Source: Clostridiales bacterium (GTDB taxonomy: Bacteria; Bacillota; Clostridia; Oscillospirales; CAG-272). Taken from it: a DNA stretch of 64,000 nt. The translations under genes were made by a program, and so were the position numbers. Below the pieces are notes generated by a model. That model was given only the letters and a program-made list of their open reading frames with translations, was not told the origin of the DNA and did no database searches. Below, one piece after another: positions 9,717-19,009 of the stretch (within the stretch, counting starts at the first letter, position 1; the number at the start of each line of letters is the position of its first letter). The stretch is from positions 114,529-178,528 of the forward strand of contig DULN01000002.1 in NCBI GenBank assembly GCA_012840355.1. The letters run 5' to 3'.

Positions 9717-10742
9717 ATGGTAAAGAAAATCAAAGTTCTCATAGTAGACGATTCGATTCTGTTCAGGGAGATACTTGCACGCAATCTTGCAGAGGACCCG
9801 AGGTTTGAGATTGTCGGGAAGGCCGCCGATCCTTACGAAGCGCGGGATATGATAATAAAATACCGGCCCGACGTGATGACTTGCGATATTGAAATGCCAA
9901 AAATGAACGGCATTGAGTTTGTCAGGAGGCTTATCCCCCAATACCCAATGCCGGTCATAATAATCAGCTCAGTGTCGGGCGTGGTTTTCGACGCGATGCG
10001 GGCGGGCGCGGTCGATTTTGTGGCAAAGCCCGACGACCGCACCCCTGCCGGAATGTACAATTTTGCGCAGGAGCTAAAATCGAAGATCATCGCCGCGGCG
10101 GAAGCCAAAGTTAAAATCGCACCGGGCAGCGCGCAAAAAGAAGCAACAGCCCCTGTAAAGCACCAATTTGACTACAAGAAAATTATTGCCATCGGCTCGT
10201 CGACCGGCGGTACCGAAGCTTTGTATGTCATACTAAAGAGCCTGCCTTCGGCTATCCCCGGTATAGTGGTGGTGCAGCATATCCCGCCGGTGTTCTCGAG
10301 GATGTTTGCCGAACGCATGGCGCGCGAGACTTTGTTAAATGTCGTGGAGGCGAAAAGCGGCGACGTGATTTTGCCCGGCAAAGTCCTTATAGCGCCCGGC
10401 GACAAGCACATGAAGGTGCGGAAGATAGGCTCAAGGTTTGTGGTCGACGTCTTCGAAGGCGAGAAAGTTAACGGCCACTGCCCATCTGTCGACGTGCTGT
10501 TTTCGTCGGTAGCGCAGGTATACGGCCCGAACGCAGTCGGCGTGATACTTACCGGCATGGGCCGCGACGGGGCGCAGGGCCTTCTTGAGATGCGTTCCCG
10601 CGGCGCGACGACTATCGGGCAGGACGAAAAAACATCGGTGGTTTACGGCATGCCGCGCGCCGCTTTTGAGATCGGCGCAGTTGAAAAGCAGTATCCCCTT
10701 GAAGCTATTGCAAATGCGATAATATCGGCTGTAAAAATATAG
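9717..10742 (+). CDS. cheB: chemotaxis response regulator protein-glutamate methylesterase CheB
   Basis: 341 aa. A REC domain (VLIVDDS...DVMTCDIEMPKMNG) is followed by a methylesterase domain (IGSSTGGTEAL...VVQHIPP...LTGMGRDG). Confidence 0.95.
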   Translation: MVKKIKVLIVDDSILFREILARNLAEDPRFEIVGKAADPYEARDMIIKYRPDVMTCDIEMPKMNGIEFVRRLIPQYPMPVIIISSVSGVVFDAMRAGAVDFVAKPDDRTPAGMYNFAQELKSKIIAAAEAKVKIAPGSAQKEATAPVKHQFDYKKIIAIGSSTGGTEALYVILKSLPSAIPGIVVVQHIPPVFSRMFAERMARETLLNVVEAKSGDVILPGKVLIAPGDKHMKVRKIGSRFVVDVFEGEKVNGHCPSVDVLFSSVAQVYGPNAVGVILTGMGRDGAQGLLEMRSRGATTIGQDEKTSVVYGMPRAAFEIGAVEKQYPLEAIANAIISAVKI

Positions 10743-10752
10743 CCTTCGTGTT

Positions 10753-10779
10753 TAAACTTTCAGATTTTTTATCGATATA
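10753..10779 (+). promoter_or_regulatory. sigma28 (FliA/SigD)-type promoter for the fliD operon
   Basis: TAAACTTT (10753-10760), an 11-nt spacer, then TCGATATA (10772-10779). Compare the enterobacterial/Bacillus consensus TAAAGTTT-N11-GCCGATAA. Confidence 0.65.
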
Positions 10780-10820
10780 TTTTATAGAAGAGATATACTT
10801 GTCTTAAAGGAGATAAAATA

Positions 10821-12737
10821 ATGTCGCAATCGGTAAACTCGGTGATGACTTCGCGCATAACCGGCCTTGCTTCCGGCCTTGACACCGAGGCGATTGTGGC
10901 CGACATGCTTTCGGCCAGCAAGCTCAAAATAGCCGAAGTTGAGCAAAAAAAGCAGATCCTTGAGTGGAAAAAGGAATTTTATCAGGAAATTGCGACCTCT
11001 CTATATAATTTTCAAAATAAATATTTCAGCGGCACGGCGTCAGTGCTTGAGAATGCGCTAAAAAGCTTGAAAGCTACCTCAAGCTCGCCGTTTGTCACCG
11101 TGACCGCGACGTCATCTTTCCCGTCGCAGAGTATCTATATCCACGACATTATAAGCCTTGCGACGAATACGACCGTTGTAAGCAGCAGCCGCGTCAGCGC
11201 AAACCCAAAAATTACGGTTAACACGGACAAATTAAGCGCGCTTGGCGGCAAAATCATTACCGTTAGCCTAGACGGCGTTGAGAGGACGCTCAAATTTGAT
11301 GAAAATATAGAATACAAAAGCGTCGGGGATGTCGCAAGCGAGCTTCAAAATATGCTCGACAAGGCGTTTGGCAAAGGCCGCGTCGCCGTTTCTATCACAG
11401 ATGGTCAGATTGAGCTTTCGGCGGAGGCTAGTACGCTGACGCTAAAGATGCCGGCTGATGCTGCCCCGGCGGACGTGCTGTATTTTGACAACCTTGCGTC
11501 GAATAGGGTTGACCTCAACGTGTCGCTCGAGTCGGCGGGGCTCGCCGGGCAGCTGCAAACCGACGAAGACGGCAAGTTCTTGTTTGTAATTAACGGCGTT
11601 GAAATCGAGGCTTCAATAAACGAAACGCTTAACAGCATCATTGCGAAAATCAACAAAAGCGGCGCGGGCGTCAAGATTACATACTCGCAGCTGACCGACA
11701 AGTTTACCCTTACAGCGACCGAGTCGGGCGCGGCGGCGGATATTGAGTTTGAGGACAAAACAGGCAACCTGCTTTCGGTCTTGTTCGGCGGGGGCGTAAA
11801 AACCCAAGGTACCGACGCCGTGGTAAGGCTCAGCACGAACGGTAGTTCCGATGAGCTAATAACGGTTACCCGCAGCACGAACACTATAAGCTTCGACGGG
11901 GTAACTATAACGCTCAACGGTATGGCGGAAGGCGCCGAGGAAGAGAAGATCACCGTTACGTTCAGCCGCGACGTCGACGCGCTTGTCGAGCAGATTAAGT
12001 CGTTTATTGCCGATTACAACGAGCTTTTATCGAAGATTGTAACGAAGCTTTCTGAGGAGTATGACCCCGACTACCTGCCGCTTACCGAAGACCAGAAAAA
12101 AGGGATGACCGAAGAGGAAATCAAGCTCTGGACGGAGAAGGCGAAAACGGGGCTTCTGCGCAACGACATATACTTGACAAATATCGCAAACCAGCTTCGG
12201 AGCATATTCTATACGCCGATAATGAGCCTAGTCGAGGGCGACGACCCCATCGGCACGTTCGCGGACATAGGCATAGCGACGACAAAATATGCCGACAAAG
12301 GCAAGCTGACGGTCGACGAAAAGAAGCTGAGAGAGGCGCTACAGACAAATCCAGAGAAAGTTATAAACCTTTTTACTCAAAAAAGCGGCATCTCCTACTC
12401 GCTTTACGCTACGCAAGAACAGCAGAATAAGCGCTTTAACCAGTCGGGCGTGCTCGACCGTCTTTTGGACATCCTTAGGACAAACCTTAACAAGGTCGGC
12501 AAAAAAGGCGCGCTTATAACGCTTGTCGGCAGCCCGGACGACTCGTTTAAAGGCGACACCGAATACACTAAGCGCATTAACGCGCTGAAAAAGAAGATTG
12601 ATGAGTTAAACGTAAAGCTCGCGTATGAAGAGGAGCGGTACTGGAAGCAGTTTACCGCAATGGAGAAAGCGCTTGCCAACCTGCAGGCTCAAAGCAGCTG
12701 GCTCATGAGCATGATTTGGGGTAACAGCAACAGGTAA
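10821..12737 (+). CDS. fliD: flagellar filament capping protein FliD
   Basis: 638 aa. The N-terminus (ITGLASGLDTEAIVADML...EQKKQILEWKKEFYQE) and C-terminus (RYWKQFTAMEKALANLQAQSSWL) are characteristic of FliD. Confidence 0.9.
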   Translation: MSQSVNSVMTSRITGLASGLDTEAIVADMLSASKLKIAEVEQKKQILEWKKEFYQEIATSLYNFQNKYFSGTASVLENALKSLKATSSSPFVTVTATSSFPSQSIYIHDIISLATNTTVVSSSRVSANPKITVNTDKLSALGGKIITVSLDGVERTLKFDENIEYKSVGDVASELQNMLDKAFGKGRVAVSITDGQIELSAEASTLTLKMPADAAPADVLYFDNLASNRVDLNVSLESAGLAGQLQTDEDGKFLFVINGVEIEASINETLNSIIAKINKSGAGVKITYSQLTDKFTLTATESGAAADIEFEDKTGNLLSVLFGGGVKTQGTDAVVRLSTNGSSDELITVTRSTNTISFDGVTITLNGMAEGAEEEKITVTFSRDVDALVEQIKSFIADYNELLSKIVTKLSEEYDPDYLPLTEDQKKGMTEEEIKLWTEKAKTGLLRNDIYLTNIANQLRSIFYTPIMSLVEGDDPIGTFADIGIATTKYADKGKLTVDEKKLREALQTNPEKVINLFTQKSGISYSLYATQEQQNKRFNQSGVLDRLLDILRTNLNKVGKKGALITLVGSPDDSFKGDTEYTKRINALKKKIDELNVKLAYEEERYWKQFTAMEKALANLQAQSSWLMSMIWGNSNR

Positions 12738-12759
12738 ACTGGAATAGAGGTAATTTAAA

Positions 12760-13164
12760 ATGAACTCTCCGTATAAAAAATACGTGCAGCAATCGATAAC
12801 GTCGCTTACTGCCGGCGAGCAGCTAGTCCTTTTGCTTGAGAAAGCGTGCCTGAACATTAGCCGCGCGATTGACAGTATCGAGAAAAAGGACATTGAAACC
12901 GCGCATGCCTTGCTTGTCAAGACTCAGGACATATACTACTATCTCATCGAAAGCCTTGACATGAGCTTTCCAATCTCCAAAAACCTGCTATCGCTTTATA
13001 ACTTCATAATCGAACAGCTGACGGAGGCTAACATTAAAAAAGACGCCGAAATATTAAAGCGGATACAGAAGCTTGCCACCGAATTAAAAGATACGTGGAA
13101 GCAAGCCGAGTATCTCGCGAGGGTTAACAATACTGCCGGCAAGGTGGCTAGCGGCGGCAGATGA
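12760..13164 (+). CDS. fliS: flagellin-specific export chaperone FliS
   Basis: 134 aa. Y..Y....I.TA...QLVLLLEKA...I is the FliS pattern, and the gene lies immediately after fliD. Confidence 0.85.
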   Translation: MNSPYKKYVQQSITSLTAGEQLVLLLEKACLNISRAIDSIEKKDIETAHALLVKTQDIYYYLIESLDMSFPISKNLLSLYNFIIEQLTEANIKKDAEILKRIQKLATELKDTWKQAEYLARVNNTAGKVASGGR

Positions 13165-13655
13165 GCTACATAGACGCTGGTACGCTTGAGACGCTCTGCG
13201 CCGTGCTCGAGCAAAGGTGTAAGGCGCTTAGCCGCATAAGCAGCCTATACGCAAGCGCGCTTGAGCTTATTGAAAAAGGAGAGTACGAGCCGGCATGCGA
13301 TGTGCTGGAGAGCCAAAACAGCCTTTTTGAGGAGCTTTTTAAAATAGAGCTGCCGGTGTCCGAACGCGAGCTTGCCGGCATTCGCGAAATGTCGCAAGCC
13401 GTACTAAGCGGCAAGGCGGGAGGGCGGCTTGACGAGGCAAAAAGGAAAGCGGCGGAAAAAACCGAGCTCTACTTTAGGCTTCTTAAAAACTGCAAGACCC
13501 TAAACGAAAAGCTCGCTTTCGTTGCAGCAAAGAAAAAAGAGGAATCCGAAAGGCATATTACGGCTGCGAAAAACAGAAGGCTCATAAACGCCGGGTACGG
13601 AAAGCAAGCGGGGCCTGTAAAAGGGGCGCTTGTCGATTATAAAAGCACAAAATAA
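13161..13655 (+). CDS. helical protein in the fliT/flgN position (putative flagellar export chaperone)
   Basis: 164 aa, predicted all-helical and charged. An ATGA overlap with the fliS stop indicates translational coupling. The function is assigned from position only. Confidence 0.35.
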   Translation: MSYIDAGTLETLCAVLEQRCKALSRISSLYASALELIEKGEYEPACDVLESQNSLFEELFKIELPVSERELAGIREMSQAVLSGKAGGRLDEAKRKAAEKTELYFRLLKNCKTLNEKLAFVAAKKKEESERHITAAKNRRLINAGYGKQAGPVKGALVDYKSTK

Positions 13656-13692
13656 ACGGCTAATGATAGCAGAATAGAATCGAGGTTACAAC

Positions 13693-14562
13693 ATGGATAT
13701 AGCGAGCATTATAGGAATAATCGCCAGTTTCGGTTTCGTCCTCTATGGGTATGCGATGGAGGGCGGCAACGTAGCGGGGTTGATGATGCTGAGCGCCATG
13801 GTCATAACTTGCGGCGGGACCTTAGGCGCGGTAATGCTCTCATTTGGGTTTGAAAACCTTAAAAATTTCCCGAAACTGGTGTTCGAAGCTTTTAGGAGGC
13901 CTAAATCAAGGATAAACCAAACTATAGATTTCCTTATTTCGCTTTCGCGTACCGCAAAGCAAAACGGCCTTTTGAGCCTTGAGAAATCCATAATCGATGC
14001 GGAAGGGCAAAAGGGCGGCGTCGACCCGTATGTGAAAAAAGGCATCCTTTTAGCTGTCGACGGTACCGATCCGGAAAAGATCGAGGAAATCCTCTCAAAT
14101 GACATTTATATATACGAGCAGAGACGGCTGTCCGATATTGCAATGTTCGAAGTCGCAGCCCAATATGCGCCCGCGTTTGGTATGATAGGCACGATTGTCG
14201 GCCTTATCCAGATGCTTTCGATGGGGATGGACGACCCCAATACGCTGACAAAAGCGATAGGCGTCGCGTTTATAACGACCCTTTATGGCAGCCTTTTGGC
14301 AAACGGGTTTTTCTCGCCTATTGCCCAAAAGCTTAAAAATAGGCTCGCGACCTACAGGCTCGAAAAGGAAATGATTATATCGGCCGTGTGCGCAATAAGG
14401 AATGGCATAAACCCCAAGATGCTGCACGAGCAGCTTGAGGCGTATGCCACCGGTACAAAGCGCAGAAGGGCGGAAGTGCTCCGCATGGTGGGCGCTGACC
14501 GCAACACCGCCGGAACGACTAGAAGCGGCAGCGGCACCGGTAGCACTACATTGGGCAGCTGA
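13693..14562 (+). CDS. motA: flagellar stator protein MotA
   Basis: 289 aa with four TM segments. It carries the conserved plug/channel region (AAQYAPAFGMIGTIVGLIQML...AFITTLYGSLLAN). Confidence 0.9.
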   Translation: MDIASIIGIIASFGFVLYGYAMEGGNVAGLMMLSAMVITCGGTLGAVMLSFGFENLKNFPKLVFEAFRRPKSRINQTIDFLISLSRTAKQNGLLSLEKSIIDAEGQKGGVDPYVKKGILLAVDGTDPEKIEEILSNDIYIYEQRRLSDIAMFEVAAQYAPAFGMIGTIVGLIQMLSMGMDDPNTLTKAIGVAFITTLYGSLLANGFFSPIAQKLKNRLATYRLEKEMIISAVCAIRNGINPKMLHEQLEAYATGTKRRRAEVLRMVGADRNTAGTTRSGSGTGSTTLGS

Positions 14563-14604
14563 CAGCAAGGGCTACTTGGTTCCGCTTGAGGGACGGGGAT
14601 AAAG

Positions 14605-15402
14605 TTGAAAAGAAAAACGCCGGACTATAACAGAGTTACCAAGGGCACATGGCTTACCACATACGCCGACCTGATGAACAACCTGCTGGTGATGTTTATA
14701 ATGCTCTATATGATGAGCACGATTGACCTGCAGAAGTTTAAAAGCCTATCATATCTCATGAGCGAGTTGCTCGGCGGCAGAAGGGGAACTGAAGTTGTGG
14801 ATCACGTGCCCGATCCGCTCACTTATGAGATGCCGGATGTAGAGATACAGCCGCCTGAAACCCAGCCGGAACAAGAGGATGAACTTGGCCTTGAGGACAA
14901 CACCGGACAGGGGATAATGTATGACCTCGACGAGTTTGTCAACCGTATAGCGGAAATAATAAGGAAGAAAGGCTATGGCGACCAAATTGACGTCGAGCGG
15001 GTCAACAACTACGTTTATTTCAGGCTGAGGGAAGGCGTGCTGTTTTATCCGGACTTAGCTGTGCTTAAAGATGACAGCTATGATATATTGTCGCTGGTCG
15101 CCGATATAATAAAGGAAGCGTATAACGAAATCTACAAAATTGAAATATGCGGGCATACTGCTTGGGTTGCAATTGACGAGATACCTACGAATTTTAACTC
15201 GTGGGAGCTTTCTTCAAAGCGCGCGCTGACGGTTATGAAATATTTCGTAACCGAGTGCGAGCTGCCGAAATACAAAATGGTGCTCTCCGCATTTTCGAGC
15301 ACAGAGCCATATACGAAAGGCGAGACCGAAGAAGAAAAAGCTATGAACAGGCGGGTCGAGATAAGGCTGTCAAGGCTGATAGACCAGCCGAGCGAAAACT
15401 AA
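14605..15402 (+). CDS. motB: flagellar stator protein MotB (OmpA-like peptidoglycan-binding C-terminus)
   Basis: 265 aa with a TTG start. The N-terminus has a TM segment with WLTTYADLMNNLLVMF, and the C-terminus reads NRRVEIRL. Confidence 0.9.
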   Translation: MKRKTPDYNRVTKGTWLTTYADLMNNLLVMFIMLYMMSTIDLQKFKSLSYLMSELLGGRRGTEVVDHVPDPLTYEMPDVEIQPPETQPEQEDELGLEDNTGQGIMYDLDEFVNRIAEIIRKKGYGDQIDVERVNNYVYFRLREGVLFYPDLAVLKDDSYDILSLVADIIKEAYNEIYKIEICGHTAWVAIDEIPTNFNSWELSSKRALTVMKYFVTECELPKYKMVLSAFSSTEPYTKGETEEEKAMNRRVEIRLSRLIDQPSEN

Positions 15403-15408
15403 AAACAA

Positions 15409-15443
15409 ACCGCGCGATAAAAGTATCGTGCGGTTTTATTTTT
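15409..15443 (+). terminator. rho-independent terminator of the motAB unit
   Basis: An 11-bp stem (15409-15419 with 15424-15434), an AAAG loop, then TTTATTTTT. Confidence 0.85.
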
Positions 15444-15454
15444 GCCGCAACGAC

Positions 15455-15502
15455 AAAACAAGCCGCACACCGCGTTATGCGTGCTGCGGCTTGTTTTGTT
15501 TT
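15455..15502. terminator. bidirectional terminator between convergent units
   Basis: AAAACAAGCCGCAC... pairs with ...GTGCTGCGGCTTGTTTT in a long stem. An A-run lies on one side and a T-run on the other. Confidence 0.8.
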
Positions 15503-15539
15503 AGCGATGAGAGCAATGCGGCTGACATAATCGCCGGGA

Positions 15540-16073
15540 TTAAATAAGCAAAAGACCGAGCAGCAGGACCGTTATAGGGTCCGCGTTGCCGCTTTCAAGC
15601 ATCATAAGTATAAGCGCGGCAAGCAGCATGTCGTCAAACCCCGCATGCGAAAGCAGATCCGTAATCGGGCTGGGCTTAGCGGGCGGTTGAGCCTCGGTTT
15701 CTGGAGCGGTTTCCGTAAGCGTGTATCTTTTGCGCTGACGGTTGTAGTAATGGCTAAAAGGCCTGCGCGGCAGCGGATAACGGGGAAGGCATTCGTCAAG
15801 CCCGCGTATATCCGGCGCGGGCAAAGGAAGCGTGACGTTTTCGTCAGACTCGGCGCCGCGCCGCTGCGCTTGATTTTCAGGTTGTGCTGCGCTTTCGGCC
15901 GGCAGGTTTGCCTGCCTTTCAGCTACTGCCGCCGGCTCGCTATTTTGCTGCTCATTTTTGTCGGGCCTGTTAGGATTGCTGTTGTCGGCTGGGGTTGATG
16001 CATTGTTGAATAACACGCCGCTGTAGTCAGGCGGCGGTATCAGCGAACGCCGTGAACCATAGCGTGGATACAA
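15540..16073 (-). CDS. orphan Pro/Gln/Ala-rich protein with a hydrophobic C-terminus
   Basis: TTG start at 16073, 8 nt after GGGGG; the GTG at 16082 abuts the SD. The body is low-complexity, and the C-terminus reads DDMLLAALILMMLESGNADPITVLLLGLLLI. No family was recognised. Confidence 0.55.
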   Translation of the reverse strand: MYPRYGSRRSLIPPPDYSGVLFNNASTPADNSNPNRPDKNEQQNSEPAAVAERQANLPAESAAQPENQAQRRGAESDENVTLPLPAPDIRGLDECLPRYPLPRRPFSHYYNRQRKRYTLTETAPETEAQPPAKPSPITDLLSHAGFDDMLLAALILMMLESGNADPITVLLLGLLLI

Positions 16074-16088
16074 GCTCGCCACCCCCGT

Positions 16089-16502
16089 TCACTTTGAAAG
16101 ATCGCCGAGAAGTTTTGAAAGCTCGTTGAGGTCGGTAAACCGCAAGAGTTTCAGTAGTCGGATCATAATGTCAGCCTTTTCACGACGATCCTCGTTTAAA
16201 TACGGCTTTAGAGCAATGAGCAGGCGAATGCGGTTTTCTTCCTCATCGCCGCGTTTTCTATGCCCGCGGTGAAAATGAGGGTTTGCGCTCGCGCTCACCG
16301 CCTGATCAGCCTGGCCGCCCTCTGCAGGCTGGCCCGCCGCAGGCTGAGGGGTTTCGTTTTCGTCATCTTCTTCATCCGCCGCCGCATCGCTGCGATTTTC
16401 TTTAAGATCGTTCGCAAGCTTCATAATTGTCTGCATAGCTTCAGGGTTTGATATGACTTTATTAATTAATGTCGATAAATCGGAACGGTTTTCGTCGCTC
16501 AT
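16089..16502 (-). CDS. orphan protein with an acidic disordered centre and a helical C-terminus
   Basis: 137 aa. The ATG lies 9 nt after an AGGGGG inside the end of the upstream gene. The central stretch is DAAADEEDDENETPQPAAGQPAEGGQADQ and the C-terminus is RIRLLIALKPYLNEDRREKADIMIRLLKLL. Confidence 0.6.
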   Translation of the reverse strand: MSDENRSDLSTLINKVISNPEAMQTIMKLANDLKENRSDAAADEEDDENETPQPAAGQPAEGGQADQAVSASANPHFHRGHRKRGDEEENRIRLLIALKPYLNEDRREKADIMIRLLKLLRFTDLNELSKLLGDLSK

Positions 16503-16505
16503 ATC

Positions 16506-16769
16506 TTAAAGCCCCCTAAACTTTTTAAGCAGCTCGTCGATTTTTGCCTGGTCGATTTCGCCGCTGGCGGTGAGCTTTTCAGCTGTGCGCATAATCTCCC
16601 TGTCGGACGCGTTCTGGATTCGGCGCTTTATGTAACCGACATTCTCAAGCAAGCGTTTTTTCTGCTTTTCGTCGGCACCGGCAGCTTCCGCCAGTATTAA
16701 AATCGCTTCGGTGAGCTGCCGCTCGTCAAGCCGCCTAAGTTTGGCAAGCAGCTCCGGGTCTATGTTCAT
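16506..16769 (-). CDS. orphan small helical protein
   Basis: 87 aa starting MNIDPELLAKLRRLDERQL, with a GAGGT SD. The ORF-track extension to 17123 runs antisense through the neighbouring gene and was trimmed. Confidence 0.6.
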   Translation of the reverse strand: MNIDPELLAKLRRLDERQLTEAILILAEAAGADEKQKKRLLENVGYIKRRIQNASDREIMRTAEKLTASGEIDQAKIDELLKKFRGL

Positions 16770-16872
16770 ATTGTTACCTCGCTCTCGCTTGTGTTTTGTA
16801 ACAGTATATGTTAAAATCTCATATGTGTCAGCATATGGCGAGTTTCTATGCAAAATAGGGAAAAATTTCGCT

Positions 16873-17382
16873 ATGAAAGCAGTTATTTTTTCAGATACGC
16901 ACGGAAATATGGCACGTCTTAGGAAAATGATGAAGCTGCATGAGGACGCAGACATGTTCGTGCACCTCGGCGATGGCGCCCGCGAGTTTGAGGCGTCTGC
17001 AGCGCTATATAAGAACAAACGCATAGTATCGGTCACGGGCAACTGCGACGTTTTTATGCTTGGCGAAAAAATGCCGCCTGCCGAAGCCGTGGTAGAGCTT
17101 GACGGATTTATGCTTTTTTTCACGCATGGGCATAAGTACGGCGTAAAATACGGCGATGTTTCGCTGCTTGCACGTGCGCGGGAGCTTGGGGTAGACGCGG
17201 TGTTTTACGGGCACACGCATGTGCCGCGCTGCGAGTATTTGCCGCCACGCGAAGTAGTGAATGAAAAGCCGCTTTATGTAGTTTGCCCAGGGAGCCTTGG
17301 GCAGCCGCGCGCCGGCAAGCCGAGCTATGCTGTCGCTGAAACCTATGGGGGTAAGCTTATTTGCCGGCTCGCTGAGATATAG
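16873..17382 (+). CDS. YfcE/MJ0936-family metallophosphoesterase
   Basis: MKAVIFSDTHGN...HLGDG...GNCD...FTHGH...GHTH motifs. The start was trimmed from 16711 to ATG 16873. Confidence 0.85.
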   Translation: MKAVIFSDTHGNMARLRKMMKLHEDADMFVHLGDGAREFEASAALYKNKRIVSVTGNCDVFMLGEKMPPAEAVVELDGFMLFFTHGHKYGVKYGDVSLLARARELGVDAVFYGHTHVPRCEYLPPREVVNEKPLYVVCPGSLGQPRAGKPSYAVAETYGGKLICRLAEI

Positions 17383-17406
17383 CAGCGGGAATAACTTAAA
17401 AATTTT

Positions 17407-17443
17407 GCCGCCAGTGGCAGTATGCCGTGGCGGCTATTTTATT
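17407..17443 (+). terminator. rho-independent terminator
   Basis: GCCGCCA (17407-17413) pairs with TGGCGGC (17428-17434), followed by TATTTTATT. Confidence 0.7.
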
Positions 17444-17543
17444 GCCGGGTGGGATTTTAATAATATGTACATATTTCACGCGGCGGCTTAATAAACATGT
17501 TACAGGATTATGCCGATAACAATGTTAAAGGATGGAGTAGAAA

Positions 17544-18509
17544 ATGAGGACAGAGCTTTATGAACGCGCAAAAAAATACCCGCCCGAAGGCGGACTGCTC
17601 TGCACGCCGCAAAACAGGCTTGCGCTATCGTCCCGCTCCGCACTTGAGCGCGCCTGCATTGAAGGCACCATTCTCGAGGCGCAGGCTGTCCGCTGCGTAT
17701 CCGACTTGAGTCTTGAAGTCGAGCTGTGCGACGGTATAAAAGGCTTTATACCGCGCGAGGAAGTGCTCTACGATCCGAATCCCAACGCCGGCCCGCCGAG
17801 GGACATCGCGATTTTAACACGGGTGGGCAAGCCCGTCTGTTTTAAAGTGCTTGGCTTCACTCCGGACGGCAACGCGCTGCTCTCAAGGCGCGAGGCCCAG
17901 CGGGAATGCTACGAGGCATACCTTTACGGGCTTGAGCCGGGCGACGTTATAGAAGCAAAAGTTACACATCTTGAGCATTTCGGCGCATTTTGCGACATTG
18001 GCTGCGGATATATTGCGCTGATGACCATAGACGCCATTTCGGTTTCGCGCATATCGCACCCGCGCGATAGGCTGTGGTGCGGGATGAACATCCTCGCCTG
18101 CGTGCGCTCGATTGACAGGGAGACCGGGCGGATAAGCATCTCGCAAAGGGAGCTACTCGGCACTTGGCTCGAGAACGCGGCAAAGTTCCAGCCCGGTCAC
18201 ACCGTGGCGGGCATCATACGTGGCGTGGAAAGCTACGGCGTGTTTATAGAGCTTACCCCGAATCTCGCGGGGCTTGCTGAGTACACGCCCGACGTCGAAC
18301 CGGGACAAAGCGCCGCAGTATACATAAAGAGCATTAACCCCGCAAGAATGAAAATAAAGCTTGTTATCGTCGACGTCTATAACGCCCCGCCAGGCCCGCC
18401 GAAAAAGCCGCAATATGTCGAAGGCATCGCGCCGGGAATGCATATAAGCTATTGGCGCTACTCGCCGCCTGAGTGCGAAAAGGTTATCGAAACAAGGTTT
18501 GACCCATAA
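17544..18509 (+). CDS. S1 RNA-binding domain protein
   Basis: 321 aa with repeated S1/OB motifs (GDVIEAKVTHLEHFGAFCDIG..., GHTVAGIIRGVESYGVFIELTPNLAGLAEY). Confidence 0.8.
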   Translation: MRTELYERAKKYPPEGGLLCTPQNRLALSSRSALERACIEGTILEAQAVRCVSDLSLEVELCDGIKGFIPREEVLYDPNPNAGPPRDIAILTRVGKPVCFKVLGFTPDGNALLSRREAQRECYEAYLYGLEPGDVIEAKVTHLEHFGAFCDIGCGYIALMTIDAISVSRISHPRDRLWCGMNILACVRSIDRETGRISISQRELLGTWLENAAKFQPGHTVAGIIRGVESYGVFIELTPNLAGLAEYTPDVEPGQSAAVYIKSINPARMKIKLVIVDVYNAPPGPPKKPQYVEGIAPGMHISYWRYSPPECEKVIETRFDP

Positions 18510-18644
18510 GTAGTTGCTGCGGCGAATAAAAAAGAGGGCGATGGGCAATTCCCCATGCCAGCCAATGGCATTATAACCGCTTTCGCTGGAACATATCGGC
18601 TGCATGCGATGCGGTAATTTTGCATTTGAATTTTAACGTAGTAC

Positions 18645-18673
18645 TTGACAAAAGTGAATTGCCGTGGTATAAT
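18645..18673 (+). promoter_or_regulatory. consensus sigmaA promoter with extended -10
   Basis: TTGACA (18645-18650), a 17-nt spacer, then TGgTATAAT (18665-18673). Confidence 0.8.
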
Positions 18674-18689
18674 CCCAAAAAAATATTTT

Positions 18690-19009
18690 GACAAAGGCGA
18701 CGACGAAGCTAAGTACGCTTCGGGCGCGGTCACAGAGAGAGGCGCTAACGCCGAGTGCGTTACGCTGAGAGCGCCTTACCGCGTAGGGCGGAAACTCACT
18801 TCCGAGCCGGCACGGTGAAAGGGAGGCGGATATGCCTGCCCGAGTAATCGGCACGGGTTCTCCCGTTACAGAGATAGGATATGCGGGCATAGCGCCTAAG
18901 TATCCGAAGAGGTGGCCTGCTTCGTGCGGGCAATGTCGGTGGTACCGCGGAGACTATACTGCTCCGTCCGACCGTATATGTATGCGGTCGGGCGGGGCTT
19001 TTTGTTTTG
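18690..19009 (+). promoter_or_regulatory. T-box riboswitch leader, specifier most likely CUC (Leu)
   Basis: Stem I base GACGAAG pairs with CUUCCGAG. Other hallmarks: AGUA (18712-18715), AGAGA (18734-18738), specifier loop GAA-A-CUC-A (18791-18798), F-box-like CCGUUA (18863-18868) and T-box core GGUGGUACCGCG (18938-18949). A 14-bp terminator stem (18961-18998) is followed by TTTTTGTTTTG. Confidence 0.85.

Noticed and set aside
16770-17123. Upstream extension of the 87-aa minus-strand ORF to 205 aa, and the plus-strand extension 16711-16872 of the phosphoesterase
   Set aside because: Each extension runs antisense through the neighbouring real gene or promoter region. Internal ATGs with good SDs (16769 and 16873) give the conserved proteins.
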